Assembly: GCA_963816355.1 (NCBI GenBank)
Contig: CAWFKH010000003.1
Span: 1,024,001-1,088,000, forward strand
Source: an uncultured Gemmatimonadales bacterium
GTDB taxonomy: Bacteria > Gemmatimonadota > Gemmatimonadetes > Longimicrobiales > RSA9
DNA: 64,000 bases
Direction: 5' to 3'
In this document: piece after piece, positions 1 through 13,155 of the stretch
How the letters are laid out: every line of letters begins with the position of its first letter
Position numbering within the stretch: position 1 is the stretch's first letter
Program-made: the position numbers and the translations under genes
Notes under the pieces: model-generated
Seen by the model: the letters and a program-made list of their open reading frames with translations, nothing else
Databases searched by the model: none
Told to the model about the DNA's origin: nothing

Positions 1-1
1 C

Positions 2-460
<459 letters not shown>

Positions 461-464
461 GCGA

Positions 465-965
465 ATGCAGTGCGACCAGTGCGGCGATCGCGAGGCGGTG
501 ATCCACCTCACGCAGATCGTCAACAACGAGATGAGCACGTTCCACCTGTGCGAGACGTGCGCCGCCGAGAAGGGTCTCGAGCCGGGCGCTAACATGGGCA
601 ACTACCCGCTCGCGGACTTCCTCGCGCAGATGGGCAAGGGGTCCGTCGCGGAGCCGGCCGCGCCCGCCGAAGGCGCGTGCGCGTTCTGTGGCCTCACGCT
701 CGCCGAGTTCCGCAAGACCGGCCGCCTCGGCTGCTCCCACTGCTACGTCACCTTCGAGCCGCAGCTCCGGAGTCTCTTGCGCCGGCTCCACGGCGGCACG
801 CAACATGTCGGAAAGGTCTACCTCCCGGGCGACCCGACGCTGGCGGACCGGCAGGAGCGGCTCGCGGGGCTCCGGCGCAAGCTCGACAAGGCGGTCCAGA
901 GCGAGGACTTCGAGCGGGCCGCCCAGCTCCGCGACCAGATTCGCGCACTGGAAGCGACGGTCTGA
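465..965 (+). CDS. mcsA: McsA, activator of protein-arginine kinase (CxxC motifs plus UVR coiled coil)
   Basis: MQCDQC, HLCETCA, CAFCG, GRLGCSHCY and C-terminal EDFERAAQLRDQI UVR motif; directly upstream of mcsB and clpC. Confidence 0.93.
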   Translation: MQCDQCGDREAVIHLTQIVNNEMSTFHLCETCAAEKGLEPGANMGNYPLADFLAQMGKGSVAEPAAPAEGACAFCGLTLAEFRKTGRLGCSHCYVTFEPQLRSLLRRLHGGTQHVGKVYLPGDPTLADRQERLAGLRRKLDKAVQSEDFERAAQLRDQIRALEATV

Positions 966-2071
966 TGCTCGATCTCACGACCCGGCCCGACTTCGGCCTG
1001 ACCTGGCTCGACGCCAGCGGGCCTCATGCCGACGTCATCCTTTCCACCCGCGTCCGCCTCGCGCGCAACCTGCAGGGCCACGCCTTCGGCAACCACGCGC
1101 GCGAAGAGGAGCGCCAGCGCATCTACGACGAAGTGCTCGACGCGGCGCGCGCCCACCCCCGGCTCGCCGACAGCACGACGGTCGACCTGGCGGTGGCTCC
1201 GCGCCTGACGCGCCAGGTGCTCCTCGAGCGCCACCTGATCTCGCGCGAGATCGCCGGCGAGGAGGGCGGCGCGCCGCGGCCCGGCGCGGGCCTGATCGCG
1301 GGGCCTGGCGAGACGCTCAGCCTGATGGTGAACGAGGAGGATCACCTACGCATCCAGGGGATGCTCTCGGGGCTGCGGCTGCAGGAGGCGTTTCGACTGG
1401 TCGAAGGGCTCGACGAGGATCTCGGCGCGCGGCTGGCGTTCGCCTATCACCAGGAATTCGGCTACCTGACGAGCTGCCCGACGAACGTGGGCACCGGCCT
1501 GCGCGCCTCGATCCTCGTCCACCTGCCCGGCCTCGTCCTCACCAAGGAGATCGGCAAGGTCCTGCAGGGGATCAACCAGGTGGGCCTCACCTTCCGCGGG
1601 CTCTACGGCGAAGGGTCCGAGGTGGTGGGCAACTTCTTCCAGATCTCGAACCAGACCACGCTCGGCAAGAGCGAGGACGACCTGATCGACCACCTCCAGA
1701 CGATCGTCTCGAAGGTGATCCAGTACGAGATGGAAGCCCGCGGCGTGCTGATGCGCGACGCGCCCACCGTGATCGAGGACAAGATCTGGCGCGCCTACGG
1801 TCTGCTGCGCTTCGCGCGCACGCTCTCCTTCGAGGAAGTGATGAACCTGCTGAGCGGCTTGCGGCTCGGCGTGAGCATGAAACTACTCCCAGGGCTCCGT
1901 GTATACACGCTCAACAAAATCATGATCTATTCCCAGGTCGCCCACCTGGAGCAGGCAGCGGGCCGCGCACTCTCCGGCGAGGAGGGCGACCTCCACCGCG
2001 CGGCCTATGTCCGGGGCGTCCTGGCCACCGAAGGCGACGTGACCGGGACGGATGAGAACGGCGGGGCCTGA
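965..2071 (+). CDS. mcsB: Protein-arginine kinase McsB
   Basis: ATG overlaps the mcsA stop (TGATG). LSTRVRLARN, MVNEEDH, GYLTSCPTNVGTGLRAS, RGLYGEGS and QISNQ motifs of the phosphagen-kinase fold. Confidence 0.95.
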   Translation: MLDLTTRPDFGLTWLDASGPHADVILSTRVRLARNLQGHAFGNHAREEERQRIYDEVLDAARAHPRLADSTTVDLAVAPRLTRQVLLERHLISREIAGEEGGAPRPGAGLIAGPGETLSLMVNEEDHLRIQGMLSGLRLQEAFRLVEGLDEDLGARLAFAYHQEFGYLTSCPTNVGTGLRASILVHLPGLVLTKEIGKVLQGINQVGLTFRGLYGEGSEVVGNFFQISNQTTLGKSEDDLIDHLQTIVSKVIQYEMEARGVLMRDAPTVIEDKIWRAYGLLRFARTLSFEEVMNLLSGLRLGVSMKLLPGLRVYTLNKIMIYSQVAHLEQAAGRALSGEEGDLHRAAYVRGVLATEGDVTGTDENGGA

Positions 2072-2112
2072 GCCACACTGAACGACCGACGTCTCCCGCT
2101 ACGAGGGCTTCG

Positions 2113-4593
<2,481 letters not shown>

Positions 4594-4682
4594 TGCCCAG
4601 AGCAGGACGGCTGGAAACCGCGTCCCCCGGGCGCGCGGCCGTGGTTCCGGCCGCTCACCGGGGGCGCGGCGCGAATGGCCCG

Positions 4683-7139
4683 ATGAAGCGCCCCGCCGTG
4701 CGCCGGCGAGCCGGCGCGACCGCGATCGTCCTCGCCGCCCTCGCGGTGCCGCTGACCGCCGGCCGCCTCCGGGCGCAGCAGCCGCCGGCGGCCCGCGCCA
4801 CCCCGCCGGCCGTCGTCGTCGACACCGTCGTGATCGAGGGCGCCTCCCGGCTGCGGCCGGAAGTCATCGCGACGACGCTGGGCATTCGGGCGGGCGACCG
4901 GGTCACGCTCTCGGACATCCAGGAGGCGATCCACCGGCTGTGGGCGACCGGTCAGGTCTCGGACGTGCAGGTGAACGCGCAGCCGATCGGACCCGGCGAC
5001 GACGCCCCCGTCCGCCTCACGTTCAATGTAACGGAGCGGCCCTTCATCACGGCGATCCGGATCAACGGGCTGGAGCATCTCAGCGCGGCGGCGATCCGGG
5101 ACACCGCCAAGCTGAAGGAAGGGACGCCGTACGACCCGCAGAAGGTGGCGCAGGCGGAGGCGTATACGCGCAAGGCGCTGGCGGACAAGGGCTTCTGGCT
5201 GAAGAAGTTCGACTCCAGGACGGAGCCGGTCACGGGGAGTCCGGGCGAGGCGCGCCTCGTGATCGACGTGCAGGAGGGCAACCGCGTCACCATTGCGGAT
5301 GTCGAGTTCGAGGGCAACAAGGTCTTCAGCGATGGCGATCTGCGTGCCGCGATGGGCACCAAGCCGGCAGGCTTCCTCTGGTTCCGTACCGGCAAGTACG
5401 ACGAGGCGCAGCTCCGCCAGGACCTGCGGCAGCGCCTCCCGGAGTTGTACGGCGAGGAGGGCTACATCGATTTCGCCGTGCGCGGCGACACCATGATCGT
5501 GGATCCCCAGAGCGGGAACGCGAAGCTGCTCGTCCGGGTAGAGGAGGGGCCGCAGTACGTGCTCTCCGGCTTCGACATCGAGGGCAACCACCGCTTCGCG
5601 AGCGAGACGCTGGAGAAATACTTCCGCTCTCCCGCGGGCGGTCTGTTGAGCAACCTGGGGATCGCGCGCCCGAAGGGGCAGAGGGACCGCACCCCGTTCG
5701 ACCGCACCGCCTTCCAGAAGGCGACCGGACAGGTCGAGCAGCTCTACCGCAACTTCGGCTATCTCTACGCATCGGTGGAGCCGGTCGTCGAGAAGACGGA
5801 AACCACGTCCGGCGAGCCGGCCGTCGACGTGGCCTGGCAGATTCGCGAGGGGCAGCCCGCTTACGTCGACCGCGTCGCGATCGAAGGCAACACGTACACG
5901 CACGAGGACGTCATCCGCGACCGGATCTACCTCCTGCCGGGCGACGTCTACAGCGAGGACGCGCTGATCCAGAGCTACCAGGCGATCCAGGGCCTCGGCT
6001 TCTTCGAGACGCCGATGCCCGCGCCGAAGATCGAGCAGACCGACAGCGGCGACGTCGACATCACGTTCGTCGTGAAGGAGAAGCAGACCGGCTCCGTCAA
6101 CTTCGGCACCGCGCTCGGCGGCTACGGCGGCCTCGCGGGCTTCATCGGCTACGACCAGCCCAACCTCTTCGGGCAGGCGAAGTCCGGTCATCTCCGCTGG
6201 GAGTACGGCCGCTTCACCAACAACTTCGAGGCGAGCTACAGCGACCCCTCGATCCTCGGGACGCGCTACAGCGGCTCCGTCTCCCTGTTCAGCGCCCGCA
6301 ACGACTTCGGCCGCGCCTTCCAGTTCAATGAAGGCCTCTTCCGGCGTACCGGCGGAACGCTCCAGTTCGGATTCCCCATGCCCACGGACCGTTTCACGCG
6401 GGCGACGATCGGCTATTCGCTCGTGCGCACGAGCTACAGCCAGTTCGACCCGACGCAGACGACGACGCTTTTCCAGCTACCGCCCGGCATTCAGAGCTCC
6501 GTCACGCTCGGCCTCACGCGCAACACGTTGAACGGCACGCTGTTCCCGACCGCCGGCACACGGACGAGCCTGCAGGCGAGCTTCAACGGCGGCGTCTTCG
6601 GCGGAGACGGTACCTTCCAGAAGTACATCGCCTCCGGAAGCTGGTACGTCCCCGTCGGGGAGCTGGGCGGCAACGGGGCGGGCGCACACCCGATCCGGCT
6701 CACGCTCGGCCTCACTGCGGAGGTCGGCGCCCTCTTCGGAGACGCCTCGCGGTTCCCCTTCGAGCGCTTCTGGATGGGCGGCGTTCAGTTCGGGGAACAG
6801 CTGCGCGGCTACGATGAAACGACGATCACGCCGCTGGGGTACTTCGCGCGGGCGAACGGCTCGCTGCCGCTCGAATCCCGGCTGGGCGACGCGTATCTTC
6901 GCCTGAGTGCCGAGTACGCCGTGCGCCTCAACGACAACCTGTCGGTCTCGGCGTTCTACGATGCCGGCAATGTGTGGAGCGACCCGGCCGCCATCGACCC
7001 GACGCGCCTCTTCCGGGGCGCCGGCGTGGGTCTGACGATCGTGACGCCGTTCGGCCCGCTCGGGCTCGATTACGCGTACGGCTTCGACAAGGTGCCGCCG
7101 GGGTGGCAGCTCCACTTCAAGCTTGGACAGGTCTTCTAA
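4683..7139 (+). CDS. bamA: Outer membrane protein assembly factor BamA
   Basis: Signal peptide, POTRA repeats, VKEKQTGS barrel start, LRGY loop motif, TPFGPLGLDYAYG, C-terminal Phe; upstream of skp-lpxD. Start is 4683 or 4593. Confidence 0.93.
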   Translation: MKRPAVRRRAGATAIVLAALAVPLTAGRLRAQQPPAARATPPAVVVDTVVIEGASRLRPEVIATTLGIRAGDRVTLSDIQEAIHRLWATGQVSDVQVNAQPIGPGDDAPVRLTFNVTERPFITAIRINGLEHLSAAAIRDTAKLKEGTPYDPQKVAQAEAYTRKALADKGFWLKKFDSRTEPVTGSPGEARLVIDVQEGNRVTIADVEFEGNKVFSDGDLRAAMGTKPAGFLWFRTGKYDEAQLRQDLRQRLPELYGEEGYIDFAVRGDTMIVDPQSGNAKLLVRVEEGPQYVLSGFDIEGNHRFASETLEKYFRSPAGGLLSNLGIARPKGQRDRTPFDRTAFQKATGQVEQLYRNFGYLYASVEPVVEKTETTSGEPAVDVAWQIREGQPAYVDRVAIEGNTYTHEDVIRDRIYLLPGDVYSEDALIQSYQAIQGLGFFETPMPAPKIEQTDSGDVDITFVVKEKQTGSVNFGTALGGYGGLAGFIGYDQPNLFGQAKSGHLRWEYGRFTNNFEASYSDPSILGTRYSGSVSLFSARNDFGRAFQFNEGLFRRTGGTLQFGFPMPTDRFTRATIGYSLVRTSYSQFDPTQTTTLFQLPPGIQSSVTLGLTRNTLNGTLFPTAGTRTSLQASFNGGVFGGDGTFQKYIASGSWYVPVGELGGNGAGAHPIRLTLGLTAEVGALFGDASRFPFERFWMGGVQFGEQLRGYDETTITPLGYFARANGSLPLESRLGDAYLRLSAEYAVRLNDNLSVSAFYDAGNVWSDPAAIDPTRLFRGAGVGLTIVTPFGPLGLDYAYGFDKVPPGWQLHFKLGQVF

Positions 7140-7160
7140 CCAGGGGAAAGAACCCGAGAT

Positions 7161-7691
7161 ATGATCAAACACGCGCTCCTAACCGTCGCCGCCGTGGCCA
7201 CCCTCGCGGCGCCGGCTTCGGCGCAGCAGCAGCCGACGCCGAAGTACGTCTACATCAACTCGCAGAAGATCATCGCGCAGGCGCCGGGCGCGAAGGAGGC
7301 GCAGGCGGCCTTCGACAAGCAGATGAGCGGCTATCGCGGCGAGCTGCAGAAGCTCGAGGCCGACATCAAGTCGATGGTGGACGAGTATCAGAAGAAGGAA
7401 TCGATGCTCACGGCCCAGGCGAAACAGCAGCAGCAGGACGCGATCCGGAAGAAGCAGCAGGAGTACCAGCAGCGCGCCCAGGAGCTGGAGCAGGAGGCGA
7501 ATCAGAAGCAGCAGGAGCTGGTGAAGCCGATCATGGACAAGATCCAGACGGTGATCGACCAGCTGCGCAACGAGCGCAACTACGCGATGATCTTCGACGC
7601 CGCCGGCGGCGGCCTCATCGCGGCGGACTCCTCGCTCGACATCACCGACGAGGTGATCGCGCGCCTGGGCAAGCTCGCCGCCTCCAAGTAG
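7161..7691 (+). CDS. skp: Periplasmic chaperone Skp/OmpH
   Basis: Signal peptide, YINSQKI, long Q/K/E coiled coil, DITDEVIARL; bamA-skp-lpxD synteny. Confidence 0.92.
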   Translation: MIKHALLTVAAVATLAAPASAQQQPTPKYVYINSQKIIAQAPGAKEAQAAFDKQMSGYRGELQKLEADIKSMVDEYQKKESMLTAQAKQQQQDAIRKKQQEYQQRAQELEQEANQKQQELVKPIMDKIQTVIDQLRNERNYAMIFDAAGGGLIAADSSLDITDEVIARLGKLAASK

Positions 7692-7735
7692 CGCCTCCGG
7701 TCCGATCCCGACCGCCCGGCCACATCCTCACCCTC

Positions 7736-8767
7736 GTGAAGGCCTCCGAGATCGCCCGCCTCGTCGGTGGCACGCTGGCGGGCGCCGGTGATCCGGAGAT
7801 CACGGGCGTGACGAGCCTCGAGCGCAGCACGCCGAGCGACCTCTCGCTGCTTGCTAGCGCCCGTTACCTCCGGTATCTTCCGCCCGCTCGCGCGGGGGCG
7901 ATCCTCGTCGCGGAGGAGCTGGCCGACTCGGTGCCGCCGGAGCGGCCGCGGATCGTCGTTCCGCGCGTCCACGCCGCCCTCGCCCGCATCCTCGACACGC
8001 TCTATCCGGAGCCGCCCCGCCCCACGGGGATCCACCCGACCGCGGTGATCGGCGCCGGCGCCGAGATCGGGCCGGACGCGGCGCTCGACGCCTACGCGAT
8101 CGTGGGAGCGGGCGCGCGGCTGGGGGCCCGCGTGAGCGTCGGCGCCCATGCCGTGATCGGCGCCGGCTGCGAGATCGGCGACGACGTCGTCCTCCACCCC
8201 CACGTGACGCTCTACCGCGGGGTACGCGTCGGGCCGCGGACGGTCGTACATTCCGGCTGCCGCCTCGGCGTGGACGGATTCGGCTACACGGCCGATTCCG
8301 GCGGGATGCGCAAGGTGCCGCAGATCGGGACGTGCGAGATCGGTGCAGACGTCGAGATCGGCGCGAACAGCACGATCGACCGGGGCTCGATCGGGCCGAC
8401 GTCGATCGCCGACGGCGTCAAGATCGACAACCTGGTGCACATCGCGCACAACGTGACGGTGGGCGAGAGCGCAATCATCGTGGCGCAGGTGGGTGTGGCG
8501 GGCAGCGTCGAGATCGGCCGGGGCGCGACGCTGGCGGGGCAGGCCGGGATCTCGGGCCACCTCGAGATCGGGGAGGGCGCCACGATCGCGGCGCAGGCCG
8601 GCGTGATCGGCGACGTGCCGGCGGGTGAGACCTACAGCGGCTATCCCGCCCGGCCGCACCGGGAGGCGATGCGGGCGAGCGCGGCGCTGTTCCGCCTTCC
8701 GTCGCTGGTGCGGCGGATACGCATGCTGGAGCGCGCCGTCTTCGGGGCGCGATCGGGAGGGGAATGA
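7736..8767 (+). CDS. lpxD: UDP-3-O-acylglucosamine N-acyltransferase LpxD
   Basis: GTG start; hexapeptide repeats, DGFGY, KVPQIG, EIGANSTIDRG, KIDNLVHIAHNV. Confidence 0.95.
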   Translation: MKASEIARLVGGTLAGAGDPEITGVTSLERSTPSDLSLLASARYLRYLPPARAGAILVAEELADSVPPERPRIVVPRVHAALARILDTLYPEPPRPTGIHPTAVIGAGAEIGPDAALDAYAIVGAGARLGARVSVGAHAVIGAGCEIGDDVVLHPHVTLYRGVRVGPRTVVHSGCRLGVDGFGYTADSGGMRKVPQIGTCEIGADVEIGANSTIDRGSIGPTSIADGVKIDNLVHIAHNVTVGESAIIVAQVGVAGSVEIGRGATLAGQAGISGHLEIGEGATIAAQAGVIGDVPAGETYSGYPARPHREAMRASAALFRLPSLVRRIRMLERAVFGARSGGE

Positions 8768-10059
8768 GCGAAGCGCGACAGCAGACGATCGGGGCGGACA
8801 CGGCGTTCGAGGGCGTTGGCCTGCACACGGGCGAGACGACGCACCTCCACTTCCGGCCCGCGGCGCCCGACCACGGCATCCGTTTCCGGCGTGTCGACCT
8901 CGAGGGAGCGCCGGAGGTTTCGGCGTGCCTGGACCGCGTCACTTCCACGGAGCGCGGAACCACGCTCGGCGAAGAGCCCGCGCGCGTGCACACGGTCGAG
9001 CACCTGCTCGCGGCGGCTTCCGCGCTCCGTCTGGACAACCTCCTCGTGGAGCTCGACGGGCCCGAGGTCCCGATCGGCGACGGCAGCTTCCGTCCTTTCT
9101 TCGATCGCCTCCGGGACGCCGGCGTTGAAGCGCAGCAGCAACCGGCGCGCTTCATCGACCTCCAGGAGACGCTCAGCGTGAGCGGCCCCGCCGGCGCCTC
9201 CTACGTGGCGGTGGCGGCCCCGGCGCTTCGTCTCTCGACGACGATCGAGTTCGACCACCCGCTGATCCGCCGGCAGTTCGCTTCCTTCGAAGTCGACCCG
9301 GAGCACTTCGCGACGGAGCTCGCGCCGGCGCGGACGTTCGGCTTCCTGCACGAAGCGGAGCAGTTGCGCAGCCGCGGCCTGGCGCAGGGCGCGACGCTGG
9401 ACAACGCGCTGGTGCTCGACGACGAGGGGCTGGCGGGGGGCGAGCTGCGCTTTCCGGACGAGTTCGTGCGCCACAAGATGGGGGACATCGTCGGGGACCT
9501 CGCGCTGCTGGGGCGACGCGTGCGGGCGCACGTGGTGGCGGATCGACCGAGCCACGCGGGGAACCTGGCGCTGGCGCGCGAGCTGGAGGCGAGCGAGAAG
9601 CGGCAGCGCCGCGAGGGGATCGTCGACATCCAGAAGATCATGCAGTATCTGCCGCATCGCTATCCGATGCTGCTGGTCGACCGTATCATCGAGTTCGAGC
9701 CGGGCAAGCGGATCGTCGGCATCAAGAACGTGACGATCAACGAGCCGTTCTTCCAGGGCCACTACGTGATCACGCGCGGGCACCCGGTCATGCCCGGCGT
9801 ACTGGTGATCGAGGCGATGGCCCAGGTGGGCGGCCTGCTGCTGCTCGATGCGGTCGAGAAGCCGGAGGAGCAGGTGATCTATTTCATGTCGTTGGACAAC
9901 GTGAAGTGGCGGCGGCCGGTGACGCCCGGCGATCAGATCCGCTTCGAGCTCGAGGTGCTGCAGCTGCGCACCCACGTCGCGCGGATGCGCGGCGTCGGCA
10001 CCGTCGACGGCAAAGTGGTGGCCGAGGCGGAGATGATGGCGCGGATCGTGAACGGTTGA
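8764..10059 (+). CDS. lpxC-fabZ: Bifunctional LpxC deacetylase / FabZ dehydratase fusion
   Basis: N-terminal GVGLHTG, TVEHLLAA, EVPIGDGS, ARTFGF, RHKMGDIVGD (LpxC). C-terminal LPHRYPMLLVD, KNVTINEPFFQGH, PGVLVIEAMAQ (FabZ). Confidence 0.95.
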   Translation: MSEARQQTIGADTAFEGVGLHTGETTHLHFRPAAPDHGIRFRRVDLEGAPEVSACLDRVTSTERGTTLGEEPARVHTVEHLLAAASALRLDNLLVELDGPEVPIGDGSFRPFFDRLRDAGVEAQQQPARFIDLQETLSVSGPAGASYVAVAAPALRLSTTIEFDHPLIRRQFASFEVDPEHFATELAPARTFGFLHEAEQLRSRGLAQGATLDNALVLDDEGLAGGELRFPDEFVRHKMGDIVGDLALLGRRVRAHVVADRPSHAGNLALARELEASEKRQRREGIVDIQKIMQYLPHRYPMLLVDRIIEFEPGKRIVGIKNVTINEPFFQGHYVITRGHPVMPGVLVIEAMAQVGGLLLLDAVEKPEEQVIYFMSLDNVKWRRPVTPGDQIRFELEVLQLRTHVARMRGVGTVDGKVVAEAEMMARIVNG

Positions 10060-10064
10060 GCGAC

Positions 10065-10871
10065 GTGAGCCGTCTGCTTCGGAGCGACGCGGCGAGCGAG
10101 CCGCAGGTCCACCCGACCGCCATCGTCGACGCAGACGTCGAGCTGGGGGCGGACGTGGTCGTGGGGCCGTACGCCGTCCTCGGTCCGGGCGTCACGATCG
10201 GCGATCGTTCCGTGATCGGGCCGCACGTCCTCGTGGAGCGGGATACGACGATCGGCGAGGACTGCCGCGTCCACAAGGGCGCCGCCCTCGGCACCGATCC
10301 GCAGGACCTGAAGTACGACGACGAGCCCACGCATCTCTACGTGGGCGATCGCACCGTCGTCCGCGAATACGCCACCCTCAACCGCGGGACACAGGCGCGC
10401 GGCCGCACCGACGTGGGCGCCGACTGTCTCCTGATGGCGTACGCGCACGTGGCGCACGACTGTTCGATCGGCGATCACGTCATCCTCTCGAACGCCGTCA
10501 ACATGGGCGGCCACGTCGAGATCCAGGAATGGGCGATCGTCGGCGGCATCACGGCGATCCATCAGTTCGCGCGCATCGGCGAGCACGCCTTCGTCGGCGG
10601 CGCTTCCCGCGTCTCGAAGGACGTGCCGCCGTTCGTGCGCGCCGCCGGCAATCCGCTCGAGCTGGCGGGCCTCAACTCCGTCGGCCTGCAGAGACGGGGC
10701 ATCCCCGAGGCGGTGCGCTCGGAGCTGAAGCGGGCCTACCGGCTCCTCTTCCGCTCGGGCCTGAACGTGACGCAGGCGCTGGCGCGGGCGGAGACGGAGC
10801 TCGCGCCGATCCCGGAGGTACGCCGCCTCATCGACTTCATCGCCCGAAGCGAGCGCGGTGTCCAGCTCTGA
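10065..10871 (+). CDS. lpxA: Acyl-ACP:UDP-GlcNAc acyltransferase LpxA
   Basis: VHPTAIV, PQDLKY, REYATLNRGT, AYAHVAHDC, IHQFARIG. Start is GTG 10065 or TTG 10056. Confidence 0.95.
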   Translation: MSRLLRSDAASEPQVHPTAIVDADVELGADVVVGPYAVLGPGVTIGDRSVIGPHVLVERDTTIGEDCRVHKGAALGTDPQDLKYDDEPTHLYVGDRTVVREYATLNRGTQARGRTDVGADCLLMAYAHVAHDCSIGDHVILSNAVNMGGHVEIQEWAIVGGITAIHQFARIGEHAFVGGASRVSKDVPPFVRAAGNPLELAGLNSVGLQRRGIPEAVRSELKRAYRLLFRSGLNVTQALARAETELAPIPEVRRLIDFIARSERGVQL

Positions 10872-11898
10872 GGCGGCCGCCGCGGGCGCGGGAGGCGACG
10901 CGGACGCGGGAGGCGACGCCTTCCGCGTCGGCGTGGTCGGCGTGGGGAGTCTCGGCTATCATCACGCCCGCATCCTGCGCGACCTGCCGGGCGCGCGGCT
11001 CGTGGGCGTGCACGACGCCGATGCCGCGCGCCTGGGCGAGGTGGGGCGTCGCCTCGAAGTGGAGACCTTCGCTTCGCTGGAGGCGCTGCTCGACGTGGTG
11101 GGCGCGATCGTCATCGCCGTGCCGACGCGGGCGCACGAGGCGGTGGCCATCGCTGCACTCGAGCGTGGATTGCCGGTCCTGATCGAGAAGCCGATCGCGC
11201 CGACCCTGGAGGCGGCCGATCGCATTCTCGCGGCGGCGGAGCGAAGCGGGGCGGCGGTCCAGATCGGGCACGTCGAGCGCTTCAACGCCGCGTTGCGTGC
11301 GTGCGAGCCCTACCTGGACCAGCCGCTCTTCGTTGAATCGCACCGGCTCGCGCCGTTCGGCGTGCGTGGCACCGACGTGGCGGTCGTGCTCGACCTGATG
11401 ATCCACGACCTCGACCTGGTGCTCAGCATGGTTCGCCGACCGGTGGCGTCGATCGCGGCGAGCGGCGTTCCTGTGCTCACGCCCAGCCCGGACATCGCCA
11501 ACGCGCGGCTCGAGTTCGAGGGCGGCGGCGTGGCCAATCTCACGGCGAGCCGCGTGTCGCTGGAGCGCCTGCGCAAGATCCGCTTCTTTCAGCGCTCGGG
11601 CTATATCAGCCTGGACCTGGCCGCGGGGCGAGGCGAGTTCCTGCGGCTCCGGCCGGGGCTCCACTTCTCGCCCGGCGAGCCGATTCCCGCGAGCAAGCTG
11701 GAAGAGATCGTCGAGCGCGTGCCGCTCGAGGGGGACGGCGGGGAGCCGCTGCGTGAGGAGTTGAAGAGCTTCGTTTCCGCGCTGCGCGGCGAGGCCGACA
11801 TCGCGGTGAGCGGACGCGAGGGCCGCGACGCGCTCGCCGTCGCGTTGGAGATCGTGAATCGGATCGAGAAGGATGTCGCTTCTTCACGTGCGCCGTGA
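10858..11898 (+). CDS. Gfo/Idh/MocA NAD-dependent oxidoreductase, GnnA-like (UDP-GlcNAc 3-dehydrogenase)
   Basis: GVGSLG Rossmann motif, IEKPIA, GHVERFN, DVAVVLDLMIHDLD, ANLTASRVS; located between lpxA and lpxB. Confidence 0.8.
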   Translation: MSSSEAAAAGAGGDADAGGDAFRVGVVGVGSLGYHHARILRDLPGARLVGVHDADAARLGEVGRRLEVETFASLEALLDVVGAIVIAVPTRAHEAVAIAALERGLPVLIEKPIAPTLEAADRILAAAERSGAAVQIGHVERFNAALRACEPYLDQPLFVESHRLAPFGVRGTDVAVVLDLMIHDLDLVLSMVRRPVASIAASGVPVLTPSPDIANARLEFEGGGVANLTASRVSLERLRKIRFFQRSGYISLDLAAGRGEFLRLRPGLHFSPGEPIPASKLEEIVERVPLEGDGGEPLREELKSFVSALRGEADIAVSGREGRDALAVALEIVNRIEKDVASSRAP

Positions 11899-12009
11899 GC
11901 GCAAGGGTCAGTACCGCGGAGGGCCGATGCGGCCGCCATCGCTGTGGAAGCTGGCGATCGGCCTCGCCCTCGTCGCCCTTCTGATCTGGAAGCTGAGTCG
12001 CCTCGCGTG

Positions 12010-13155
12010 ATGCGCGCTCGGCCGGCGATCCTGCTCTCGGCGGGCGAGCCGTCCGGAGACCTGCACGGCGCGGCGGTCGCCGAGGCGCTGCGGCGGCGCT
12101 TCCCGGACGCGATGCTCTTCGGCCTCGGCGGCCGCCGCATGGAAGCGGCCGGCGTCGAGCTGCTCGCTGACCCGGACCGTCTGGCGGTGATGGGGTTCGC
12201 GGAGGTCGTGCGGCACCTGCCGTTCTTCATCGGGCTCATGCGGCGCCTCGAGCGCGAGATGCGCTCCCGCGGCGCGTCGCTCGTGCTCCCGATCGACTAT
12301 CCCGGCTTCAACCTGCGCCTGGCGCGCCGCGCCCGCCGCGCGGGCGTGCCCGTCCTCTACTACATCGCGCCCCAGGTGTGGGCGTGGCACGGCAGCCGGG
12401 CCCGCCAGCTCGCCGACGCGGCCGACCGCCTCGCCGTCGTCTTCCCGTTCGAGGAGGACGTCTTCCGGCGTTCCGGCGCCAGCGTGGAGTTCGTGGGCCA
12501 CCCGCTCGCTGACGCGGCGCCGGTCTCCGCGACGCGTGAAGCGTTCTGCGCCGCCCTCGGGCTCGACCCCGCCCGCCCGATCCTCGCCCTCTTTCCCGGC
12601 TCGCGAATTCAGGAGGTACGGCGCCACATCTCCCTCTTCGCGGCGACGTCGGCCACGCTGCGCGCGCGGCTGCCGACGCTGCAGCCGGTGCTCGCCGCCG
12701 CCGCGGGCGTCGCCGACGCGGAGTACGCGGACGCCGACTTTCCGCGCACGGCCGACTCGCGCGGCCTGCTGGCGCACGCCGCCGCTGCGCTGGTGAAGTC
12801 CGGCACGACCACGGTGGAAGCGGCGCTGGCGGGCACGCCGATGGTGATCGTCTATCGTACGCACCCGTTGACCTTCTTCCTGGCGCGGCGCCTCGTCGAA
12901 GTGGACCACATCGGAATGGCGAATCTGATCGCGGGCCGGCGCGTGGCACCGGAGTTCGTGCAGCACGAAGCGACGCCGTCCGCGCTCGCCGCCGCGCTGC
13001 TCCCGCTGCTCGGCGAGGCGTCGCCGGAGCGCGCCCGGATGGTCGAGGCGCTCGGCGAGGTGCGAGAGGCGCTGACGGCCGGGACGGGGGAGCCGGTGGC
13101 GGAGCGCGTGGCGGGGATCGCGGCCGCGCTGATCGAAGCGCATGACCGCGCGTGA
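12010..13155 (+). CDS. lpxB: Lipid A disaccharide synthase LpxB
   Basis: SAGEPSGDLHG, IDYPGFN, YYIAPQVWAW, VFPFE, VGHPL, FPGSR, SGTTTVE, EFVQ. Confidence 0.95.
   Translation: MRARPAILLSAGEPSGDLHGAAVAEALRRRFPDAMLFGLGGRRMEAAGVELLADPDRLAVMGFAEVVRHLPFFIGLMRRLEREMRSRGASLVLPIDYPGFNLRLARRARRAGVPVLYYIAPQVWAWHGSRARQLADAADRLAVVFPFEEDVFRRSGASVEFVGHPLADAAPVSATREAFCAALGLDPARPILALFPGSRIQEVRRHISLFAATSATLRARLPTLQPVLAAAAGVADAEYADADFPRTADSRGLLAHAAAALVKSGTTTVEAALAGTPMVIVYRTHPLTFFLARRLVEVDHIGMANLIAGRRVAPEFVQHEATPSALAAALLPLLGEASPERARMVEALGEVREALTAGTGEPVAERVAGIAAALIEAHDRA

Noticed and set aside
8764..10059. lpxC-fabZ fusion as a novelty
   Set aside because: The fusion is already well known in FCB-group bacteria; used only as a lineage clue.
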